Source: Rhizophagus irregularis (lineage: Eukaryota). Taken from it: DNA of 64,000 nucleotides. The notes beneath the pieces are model-generated. The model was not told the DNA's origin, ran no database searches, and was given only the letters and a program-made list of their open reading frames with translations. Shown here piece by piece: positions 27,601 to 38,161 of this stretch. How positions within the stretch are numbered: the stretch's first letter is position 1; every line of letters begins with the position of its first letter. The DNA lies in the NCBI RefSeq assembly GCF_026210795.1, contig NC_089433.1:2294001-2358000 (forward strand). Reading direction: 5' to 3'. The position numbers were made by a program, and so were the translations under genes.

Positions 27601-29141
27601 AGCAGGACAGGAGTAACAAAGCACTTCCTGTAAGAAATGTACGAATTTGTAAAATAACTAATTATTTTTAGAATAAATAAAAATATAAATAAAAATATCA
27701 TTAATTTGCCACATCTATTTTCTGCATATTATAATTGCATGTTAATAATATTATTGGTTACTCAAATCATATAATAAATTACTGGATAATAAGTTGTTGG
27801 GAATAGTGGCAAATCAATTTGTTGTTTTTATTTTAAAAAAATTTTTCCTTTTTTTTCCTTTTGACAAATTATTTTATGTCATCGCATGAAATCTCCTGAC
27901 ATTATATTTAAAAAAGGTACTAAAAATTTTTTTTATTATTTTTAGAAATGAAAATCATGACAAAATTTTTTTACTCACCAAACCTGAAATAAACAATCAA
28001 TCACATCATAAATCACGTGTATAACAAAATTAACTAAAATCAAAAAGTTCTAGATAAAATTAAAGCTCAGCAGATCTTTGATAAAAAATTTTACTTCATA
28101 GTATCATGATATCATAGTGATACCAAATTCAGAGAATATGGAGAAAAGAAATCGAATATTCTTTAACCGAAAAAATTAATTTTTTTTTGGAACCAAAAGC
28201 TTTGACTATGATGTCGATCAACATATGAACATAAGATGAGGATGGCTTGGCAAAATAATTTGCCACATCGCCAAGGGAGGATAAGAAAGGATTTTCTGGA
28301 AAATAACCATTTTAAGGAGTTTCAACATAATATATTTTAATAATTGTATAATTGTATACGGTAATTTGCGAAATCCCTTTTAATCCCTTTATTATTTACT
28401 ATTATTGTAAAAAAATCTATTTTTGTTATAGAATTGTTACTAAAAAAAAAAAGTATCACATAAAAATAAAACTCAGACGCGTGTATTGAAATATTACCAA
28501 ATAAAGTGGTCATTCTTAATTATTTCATAATTTTTTTATGCAATTAATATAAAAGCATACGAGTAGGGTAAATCCGATTTTATCATATATAACAAACAAA
28601 AATATAAATTGTGTTCAACCACCACAGATTTTTTTTTTTTTTTTAAAAAAAAATTGATTTTCACATAATTTATATTAAAAAATTATAACAAAACGAACTT
28701 TCAAAAATCATATTTATATTTTTATATTTTTTCCTGTTAATATAATAAAGACCAGCAATACGCATGACTATGAATTTTTAAGTCGTAAATCTCTTTGTTT
28801 CGTTGTTTTTTCCGACATCTCTCAATAAAAGGATATTCCGAATAAAGATTTTTTTTTAGCATCATAGTTTTACAACAGCACTTGAATAACTTATATATAA
28901 ACCCCAAAAAATCTTTCTTAAATTTTTTTTCTTTACCTTTTTTTTTGGAATTTTTTTTTTATTAATTTAAATTTTAAGAAAAAGGTCTTATTTCTTTTAA
29001 CGAAAAAAATTTATATATTATTTTTTGAAAAAAGCAAAATCTTGAATTTTATCAATTTTATCGAACATAAAAGACTTTTTTTTAATTTTATACGAACAAT
29101 TCGATTTTTTTTACGAAAAAAAAAACGTTATATTATTAAGA

Positions 29142-29475
29142 ATGTTGACAACAATCAACAATTATTTTTCATTAATGAAATATCAAAGTGATATATCTAC
29201 TTCTAAATCACTTGAACCTTGGGAAAAAGCTTTATTCAGTAAGTATTAATTGCGCGTAAATTGCGTAAATTGCGTAAATTTTTTGTAAATTTTGTTATAT
29301 TTTATTTTATGAGAAATTAATTTTAAAACCTTCTTCTTTCTTTTTTTTTCTCTCAATAATAGATTCATGTATTATCGTTGGAATAACGCTTCTCGCCTAT
29401 ACAACATTCGCACAATCAAATAATATGTTTTTAACAAACTTCGATACAGATTTTCACTCGTCGTTATATTTATGA
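29142..29475 (+). CDS. Serine palmitoyltransferase small-subunit-like microprotein (69 aa; exons 29142-29238 and 29363-29475)
   Basis: Spliced product MLTTINNYFSLMKYQSDISTSKSLEPWEKALFNSCIIVGITLLAYTTFAQSNNMFLTNFDTDFHSSLYL; LEPWEKxxFNS followed by a hydrophobic helix is the ssSPT/DUF3317 signature; intron GTAAGT...TAG. Confidence 0.85.
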
Positions 29476-31907
29476 TTTTATTAATGTCTTTAGATTATTA
29501 TAAAGAACAATTAGTATAATTAAAACTCTAATAATAATTCTTTCAATGCTGCGGTGGTGTTGAAAAAAAAAAAAACTTTTACAAAACTTTTTCGTTTATT
29601 TTCAATTTATTTCATTTTTCTTCTTTTTTTTTAAAAAAATGTATCATAATATTTCAAAATTTAAATTTCTTTTTGTTTTTTTTAACGTGTTTTAAATGGT
29701 AGTTCATTTTTTTATTTTTGGGTTTTTATATAAAGCGTTTGAACTTTTTTTTTCTCTTTTTTATTCACATTTTTTTTACAAAACATAACCTTTTTTTCTT
29801 AGAAAAAATTATCCATTTTTTTTTTAATTAATTAATTATTACTTTTTGATAATTTTTTTTTTATATTTCTTCCTGTGCGGGTTAATCATTAAAGAAAAAA
29901 AATGTAGACATTTTTAATTATATTATTCTTTTTTTAGACATTTTTATCAGATTTTTTTTCTTTTTTTATATTCTTTCATAAAAAAAAATTTTTTTTTTTT
30001 TTTTTTCCTTTCTAATAATTAATTACACGGAGATTAGTATTTTTTTTTTTATATTATTTTTCAGTTTTTAAGAATAACCTTGAGGTTAAACAATAAAAAA
30101 AAAATATTAATTCAACATCCATGATAATAAACACTATATCAGGATCTTAACTAGAAATGACTTTTTCAATGACAAAACCAAAAATGGAAATAATATAAAT
30201 AAACAAGGGTGTTCCTCCCCGGTAGTTGTAATTTTATAACGGGCTAAATACTTTTTTTGGGAAGTATGATTAACAAACGTGTAAATGGTAATTATTGAAG
30301 CGGGCGTTCGCTTTTTACACTCGAATAGAAAGAGATGTTGATGACATTACCTTTTCCTTCTCCAATAAAGGTTTTCCCCCATTAATGTTCGTGAAACTAA
30401 AAATTTATTTGTATGATCTGTCCAAATTTACGCGCCTATAAAATATATTACCCTTCTTTTTTTTTTAAAAAAAAAAAATCGTTACGATTGTAAAAATCCA
30501 AAAAAAGATCTCATGTTTATATAAACAATTTATATATTTCTTGGCATGACCATTTTGGTTAAAATCGTTTTTAACATTTTATTTTTAGAGAAAAAAATCA
30601 TTGTACAGTCAAAATTTGCTCGTGAAAACAATTATTCATTATCATTTTAAAAGAAAAAGTGCACATGAATGAAAAAAATTGGGAAATCAAAGAATGAATG
30701 AAATGATACATACAAAACCTTTCTATTTACATAATATGTTGATTTGATAAGCTTTACCATGTTTACCGTAAAAGGTGATGGCAAATCAACTAAGTTTTCA
30801 TAATAAAGAATTCCTGTTCGAATACTACCTTTTAATATAAATGATCGACCAATTTAATTTGAGATAAAGAACGTTAGCCCTCTTTTTTTAACCAATCAAA
30901 ATTAATATTCAATGGATTTTAATGAATTTTTACTCCGGTAAATCAAATACTATCAATACTCCGGTAATATCGGTAATATCAGTGATATCATAAAGTAAAT
31001 ACCCAAGTAATCCATTTTTCATCTTTGATCTTTAAATATATTCCCATTACAATGCTTTTAAAAAATCAGTTCTCATTTTGTAAATTACACAACAACTTTA
31101 AATATTATGTAATTTACCTTACCTGTCTTTTTATTGCAGATTATCTATCTTCTATCATCACAATGGAATTAACCGTTTATTTGTTCCGTGAAAATGAGAT
31201 CATAGTACAAATCTTCCATTTTTTTTTTCTTTTCTCCTATTTTTTTTGCATGATCGTTAATGAAAAGAAGTCGGATACACAATCGATTCTCGTCAATTGC
31301 AGGGGTTAACCTACCGTATAAACTTAATGATCTTAGTTACAACAAACTAATAATCAATTAAATGAAATGATGATGACTTTTTAATGTTAATCCCAGTTTT
31401 GCAGGATCCCCCCAGTTTTTCTAACGTCAGAGACAAATTGGGTGATTCAGTTGGGGAGTCTGTGTAATGTGTAAACACATGTTATTCCGTGTGGAAACAT
31501 CGGGTGTAAATACAGTATAAAAATCATAAATTATATCAGATATTGAGAATTACTATTTTCATTTTCTGTTGCCTTTTTCATGGGATAAATGTGGTATATT
31601 CATATGAATTTGTAAATGTACAATTTGTACATATAATACAGCATTAAGTTACAGTGCATTAATAGAATTACTGATTATATGGAATTACTATAACAAGTTT
31701 CAAAGTTCAAACTGTTATTTGGTTTACACTGAGTCGTCTAATTTATTTATAAAATATATTTTTAAATTACATACTTTTTATTTCATGGGTATCAAATATC
31801 AATGAATAACTGAAATATTCACCGATGCCTTAGGCCCCGAAAAGGAGGGGACTCAGGGGAGTATCGGTGTATATGGAGTATTTATTAGATATGGAATAAC
31901 GGAATAA

Positions 31908-32107
31908 CACATTGTGCGGTTAAACGATATTGAGTATGATATATACCTCCGATGTTGTATAGTATAGTTGACGAAAATCTATACAGTATAATTTTTTATT
32001 TACTGTATACAGTATAGCTTTTATCTATACAGTATAGTTTTTTTACATTATACTATACAACATCGGAGGTATATATCATACTCAATAACTATATTATCCA
32101 CATTGTG
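31908..32107. mobile_element. 200-bp foldback MITE with bipartite terminal inverted repeats
   Basis: Perfect 39-bp inverted repeat 31928-31966 / 32049-32087, plus symmetrically placed outer CACATTGTG (31908-31916) and CACAATGTG (reverse complement of 32099-32107); internal TATACAGTATA repeats. Confidence 0.8.
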
Positions 32108-32317
32108 TATGACGTATACACCGATGGATTTTATACTTTTTTTTACTTTTTATATAATTTACAAAAAAAATACGTGATTGGTTAGTTGATCATTCTACAG
32201 TTAAAATTTATTGGTCGTAATTTTTAGTGTAACCGATCAAAAATCAAGATCACATACGATCAAGTCGATCAATCAATTCCTGAAGTATTTTTTAACTATA
32301 ATCACTCGAGCCAAATA

Positions 32318-34903
32318 ATGACCGAAACCACAACTTATTTTAATACGCCTTCCGAAGAATGGAACTTCCTTAGTTACTACAAGCACCGCCGTAATGAAAA
32401 CAACTTCACCTTTTCTTTCAGAAAGGAATCATTTTTACTCAAGAAAAATCTTGAATCCCGTCAAAAAATATCAAAGGCCAAACAGTTGTTAGAAGCATTT
32501 AAGGTTATTGTATTGCAAAGCGGTGCGGTATGAGGTTTTTGCAAAGTTGCTTGCGACTTCCACGACTATGAGGACGTTCTACGCGCCGTTCCTCTAATAT
32601 TCTACGTGAATGTGGTGGTGTGTGGGAACCTCAGAAGTCATTTATGACTCTCACAGCTATGAGGACGTTCTACGCGCCGTTCCTCTAATATTCTACGTGA
32701 ATGCTGTGGTCCGAACCTAGATATTCTTTCATCGGCACCATACAACATCGTCATTACAAATTTTTAATGTTTCCCTTTTCTTTTTTCTAGAATCATCGAC
32801 AGCATAACGAGGATGTCAACATTTTCTGGAACGAAATCGAGCTTATGTATTTAGAGTATGAGAAAAATTTGCGAACAGTAAGCATATTTTTTGCTGAAAA
32901 ACTCTTAGAGTTTTTACTAAATAGCTTTCTTGTGCAGAAACGATGTCATGTAAATATTAGTAGTAAGACGCAAGATATGATGGAGAACATGGCTGAAGAA
33001 ACTGTGAAAGCACATTTAGCTACAACAAAGGTGATTCTTTAAAAAACGTAAAACAGACTTCAAGTTCATAATACATCCAATGTTATTGACCTTGCATTTC
33101 TGTAGGATTCGAATGATGAAATTAATGATTTTTTCCAGAGTTCTTCCGAGCAACAACTTCCCACCTTGTTTTCTGATCGAGATCATTGTTCCAAATGTCA
33201 CATGGAGGTAAATGCATTAAATTTGTCATTGCAATGGATAACAACATTTACCTTTTATTTTGATTCTTTAGATTAATATTTCCGGACCAATGAGATTTTG
33301 TCCTTATTGCGGAAGTAAAGTTGCTTCGTCCGATGATATTGAGTTTGAGGAGTTTGAGAGTGACAGTGATGAACCAGTTGAAGTATGTTAATAACAGAAT
33401 TCTTATTATTTTATTTCACATATCTCACAGTTTAATTATGTTATTTAGTCGGATCATGAAACAGATGAAATTAAGGACGATGAAAATCCTCCTAAAATAG
33501 ACAAATTGGCTTTTCGCGAATCGCACCATGCTATTCCAGATAATGCGAAGATGCATTTGAAGTCAGGAAAAATAGTTGAAGATGTTCTTTTCGATTTCGC
33601 CAAAGATATGGAGCATGAACAGTCAGTTTTCTCAAAATTTGATCACTCTTTTTTTTATCTTATTATTCGTGATCCTGACATATGTTATCAGCCATGCCCA
33701 TTCCTACATTATAAATTATGACGACGAAAATGTCAAGGCATTGTTCACCCAAACGGAGTGGAACGAATTAACTGAGGATCGAATTAGGATTCCAGGTGTT
33801 CCGCGTGAAATTGGGGAGGAGCTGGTGAGATACGGGAAGAAAACATTAAGTGAGCTTCGTAATTCCGTGTTGACATCGTATTTACAAGATGGGACCATCT
33901 ATGATATCAACAAGCACTACAATCAGGAGTGGATACAAATGGCAGTGCGAACACTAGTAAATCTATATGAAAATATAGATGCCCCCTTAATTAGAAACCA
34001 ATACGAAAATTGGTTTACTGTCGCTTTTTTTGGGACGTGCATCGACCTTTGTATGAGGGATATTCAATTATGCACGGATATTAAGAGGTTTAACCATTTT
34101 TTCCACTGGTGTATATAATATATTCACTTTTAACATAATTTTATTTATCACTACTTGTAGGACCGACGCACCATCACTAGCTAGCGCCAACAGGAAAAAC
34201 CGCGGTCGGTCAGGAAACACAAAAACCAGAAAATTGACAGGACGCAAAATCGATGGGATAGTATACATAGTTGACAGAAATCTTGAAGTGGGTGTTATCG
34301 AAGCGGCGAGATCATTTTTGGGTGTTTCGGATCGAAAGTATCTTCTTGAAACGTTCAAAATGCCGAAAACGCTTCGAGATATGTATGCTGATCTTGTGAG
34401 AACAGCAAATTATGACGAACAAAAAGCTAATAATCTTCAGGTTTTCGGTATTTTGCATCTCGGTCTATGGATTCAGTTCACGAGATTATATCGTGCCGGA
34501 GGATCGATTTGTATTTTTAGGAAGGATGTTGTATCTCACCATGTAGATAGCAAATTCTCTGAAGATGGAATAAAATCTTTTCTAAAACTTATGGCAGCAG
34601 TATATCAACATAAGGTAAGACTTGTACTGTACATACGGTTTCATTCATCTTACTGTTTTCCTAATCATTTCACAGCTTATTATAAGGGATAACTTACGTA
34701 TACTGAATATCCGGAATGCAAATATTGAACCAGGAGATGATGATGATTTGCTAAATGATATATTAAATGTTGGAAATTATTCTTCTACGTCACAATCATC
34801 GATTGAACGTTTCGCCGATTCTTGGCCCACCCCAAGAAAGAAAAAGAGACCAAAGAGTGAAAATTCGAAGAAAAAGAGCGCAGTAAAAAAGAGAAGGTTG
34901 TAG
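32318..34903 (+). CDS. Zinc-ribbon plus PD-(D/E)XK (restriction-endonuclease-fold)-like protein, 9 exons
   Basis: Exons 32318-32503, 32791-32877, 32938-33030, 33106-33207, 33272-33383, 33449-33621, 33692-34087, 34161-34614 and 34676-34903 splice in frame with GT-AG; CSKC...FCPYCG zinc ribbon; GRKIDGIVY...LEVGVIEAA...DRKYLLETFKMPKTLRDM nuclease-like core; basic NLS-like tail PRKKKRPK...KKRRL. Confidence 0.8.
32504..32790 (+). ncRNA. Candidate intronic structured RNA (two tandem modules) in intron 1 of the nuclease-like gene
   Basis: 47-nt exact direct repeat 32566-32612 / 32657-32703 flanked by covarying stems and hairpins; G-U pairs indicate that the sense strand folds. Confidence 0.6.
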
Positions 34904-35481
34904 ATAAGCTTCTAACCTTCCTGCTAACTTCTTTTGCTTTATTTGCTTTCTATACCTACTTTCTATACCTTTGATTGGTGAGTCAATTTCTTTTCTCAAT
35001 TGCTCTTGCAAGTGACTAATTTTACTCTTGATTTGAGTTGTGATTCAGAATTTTGATCTATTGGTTTATTCGATAAAAATGTTTGCTGGGTCTTGCTATA
35101 AGAGACGGACACTTAATATAAGTTGCAAGGAACCTTTTTTAATATAGTGCGCTAAAATGAAAATGCAGTTCCCGATTTTTTTATTGTTCGCCTTGTATTT
35201 TTTAACGTGTATTTTACGATGTGGAGATGTAACATGATTGGAAAATAAAACAGGCTTTTATTGTATAGACGTCGGTATTTTTATCGGTGTTCCGAAACAA
35301 AACGCGCATGTGATTTTTTTTTATCTTAATAAAAACACAATTTGTAACGCCGGCAAGAAAAATTTTTATAATAAAATTTATTACACATATATATAAACTG
35401 ATAGTACTGCATGCATTGTGTGAAGAATCTCTCACGTATAGTTGTTTCCGAAATTTTAAAAATTTGTATAATAGTGCGAAA

Positions 35482-35895
35482 TTGCAAATATCTCAGGATC
35501 TAGTAATCAGATTTCGATGCTCTTACTATTCATTTGATTCGTCTCATCAAGACAAATCTAATGATATGTATATCATTTTTATAGCATCGATATTGATGGA
35601 GTAAAATTACTATAAACATTTAATGAATGTTGGTGTTGAAGCACGATCTAGTAATTGGATTTAAATGAATTTACCACCATTCGATTCATCATGATGAGAT
35701 AATTCTAATGGCGGTAAGATCATCTTTCTAATATTGAAATTGATGGAGCTATTATGCTATAAATATTTAAAAGTTATTGGTATCAGAGCGCGATCTAGTG
35801 ATTGGATTTAAATGATCATACTACCATTAGAATCGCCTTATCGAGATGAATCAAATGGTAGTAAGATCATCCAAAACGGATCACTGGATGCTGAG
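35482..35895. repeat. Three diverged ~147-148-bp units of a palindromic GATCTAGT repeat family
   Basis: GATCTAGT at 35497, 35645 and 35792; third unit is an imperfect palindrome; related copies at ~40383-40487 and ~41801-41921. Confidence 0.7.
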
Positions 35896-36089
35896 TTATT
35901 ATTTATTAAAGTTTTTATATATAAATCAGCCAAAATTAAGGCTAATTCTGGCCAAATATTTTCGTAATACAAAATTAATTACGGAGTCCGAAATTAATTA
36001 CGGAATACGGAGTTTTTCTAATGAATTACTTAATAATTACAGAATTACGTAATTACATATTTCTGTAATACTAAAATAATTTTGGATAT

Positions 36090-36420
36090 AAGTATACTTT
36101 AAAGTTCAGGTTGCTGAAAACTATCATACAGTCAGATCACAGTAAAGAGCTGTCCAAGTTCCTTCATTCCACAAATTCAATATCCTCTTGAAGAATCCTA
36201 TTGACAGTGTAACTGTCACATACTTCTTTTGCGTCTTTATTTTCATTACAATAACATAGCCCCAATCTTTAAAGCCATTAAGAATTTTGAATTGAATTTT
36301 TGTTGCAGGAATATCATATATTACAATCTCTTTAACGCTCTCTTTATTTTGAGGAGTATAGTTGGTTATAATTGTAGATATTCCTTTTTCTGAATCATGT
36401 TGCTTGGTCTCCTTAACCTT
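36090..36420 (-). pseudogene. Decayed ORF fragment resembling the ORF1 (RRM-like) region of Glomeromycota non-LTR retroelements
   Basis: Reads VKEIVIYDIPAT...KDWGYVIVMKIKTQKKYVTV...WNEGTWTALYCDLTV**FSAT*TLK; the stops fall where single transitions restore VRWF...WTLK; family assignment is from memory, not a search. Confidence 0.5.
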
Positions 36421-36529
36421 CTGCGCCTATTGTTTGTCCTTTGATGTACTGCTCTTTATAAAAGTATATTGAGTGTTTCATTTAGAGCCAATAGGTGATG
36501 GTGACATAAATCTATTATCATCAGTGGTA

Positions 36530-36750
36530 TATTTTTATATTAAATTATATAAAAATATGAATCAGTAATATCACAACTCACTTTTTTTATATAGAATCAA
36601 TATAAAAAAGTGAATCGCAATACTGCAACTCACTTTTTTTATATAAAATTAATATAAAATATTAAATTTCAATATCACAACTTACTTTTTTATATAGAAT
36701 TATTAATAAAAAAAGTAAAACCCAATACCCTAACTCACTTTTTTTTATAT
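36530..36750. repeat. Degenerate tandem array of ~51-bp self-complementary units
   Basis: About four repeats of CAATATCACAACTCACTTTTTTTATATAGAATCAATATAAAAAAGTGA-like sequence. Confidence 0.7.
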
Positions 36751-37494
36751 TTAGTTATTACTAGATCTATAAAATCTATAAATAATTTAGTTCAGAACCA
36801 AGTCCTGGGACTAGATCTAAGATTAATCCTAACAGAACCTGATTTATAGGTTCATTCAATAGGACTGATAGGTTTTGAGACCAGAATCAAATCAGGACTG
36901 ACTTAACCATTTCTATTTCTAAGATAAGTAGATAATATATTTTTTTTATTATATTATTTGAGATTAAAATTAGGCTAGAACAGCTAGATGAAATGGGTTT
37001 GTTCTTGGTATTTCAGGTTTAATTCTAATTTAATTTTAATACCAGAAATTTTAAATAGTAGAAAAATAGTCCAGCCTGATTTTAAGCATAAATTCAATAT
37101 AAGGGTTCTATATATTAAAATAGAATCAAGTAGGTCTAGAACTGAATGATAGAATTAATAAGTAGTTATTTTAAGCATCAGATACTTGCTAAACCTATTT
37201 TTTCAAAATTTTAGTTTAGTTAAAATTTAATTTAAAATTCTTTTATAATAAAATTAATTGCTTAAACTGTTTTTATATTTTTTTAAAACTATTATAATTT
37301 AGAAAAGTTTCAGATTTACCAATTTTTTCATTAAAAATAGATTTTGAGTTTCAGATTTTTGAATTTTATTGTTAAATGAGTTTCAGGCAGCAATACTATC
37401 AAAGAATTCTTGACTATATTATTTGTTATTTATCTTCTTTAAGTTCATAGTCAAATTATTTAAACCTGCTTATACCCTTTGCAGATGTCCTGCT

Positions 37495-38161
37495 GCTTAC
37501 TCTATATTTTTAGTAAAATTGTAAAAAATATCTTCAACTATTTTTTCTGACTTCAAATGCATTTTTACATTATCTAAAATAATATAGTATGCTCATAAAA
37601 AACTAATTTGTCTATTTTAGAAGGACTTTTATCATCCTTATTTTCATCTGCTGCTTTATAATTTAACTAAATAATATAATTAAACTGTGAAATATCAAAT
37701 ATATAAAATAAAAAAATAAGAATTCTATTATTAACATATTTAAACTGGTTTATCACTGTTATTTTCAAACTTCTCAAACTCAATAATATTAGATGAAGTA
37801 ATTTTACTTCCGCAATAAGGATAAAATTTTTATTAGTTTAAAGATATTAATTTAAAAAATCAAAAAAAATAAATGTTATTATCTATTGCAATAATAAATT
37901 TAATATATTTATTTTCATAATATTTGAAATAATGATTTTAATTAAAAAACAGATTGGGTAGCTGTTGTTCAGAAGAACTCTAAAAAAAATTATTAATTTC
38001 ATTATTTAAATCCTATAAAAATGCAAGGTTAATAATATTAAATATATTATAAACTTGAAACCTATTTTAAATATTCTTTCACAGTTTCTTTAACTATATT
38101 CTCTATCATATCTTATATTATACAATTTATATTGACATGATATTGCTTCTACATAAAAAAG
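37495..38161 (-). pseudogene. Inverted, transition-eroded relic of exons 3-6 (with introns) of the 32318-34903 gene family
   Basis: Reverse complement aligns by eye to ~32925-33615; e.g. TTTACTTCCGCAATAAGGA is shared exactly and TCTTCAACTATTTTT.CTGACTTCAAATGCAT nearly so. Confidence 0.88.

Noticed and set aside
32566..32612. Hammerhead ribozyme or C/D-box snoRNA (CTATGAG ... GTGA)
   Set aside because: Lacks the CTGANGA plus GAAA core and lacks proper RTGATGA/CTGA boxes
32566..32703. CRISPR-like repeat-spacer-repeat (47-bp repeats, 44-bp spacer)
   Set aside because: Only two repeats, located in a eukaryotic intron, no cas genes, and the spacer itself pairs with the flanks as part of a fold
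34796..35011. Antisense ORF overlapping the nuclease 3' end as a possible antitoxin
   Set aside because: Starts at TTG, has no ATG or clear splice entry, and shows no recognisable similarity; unsupported
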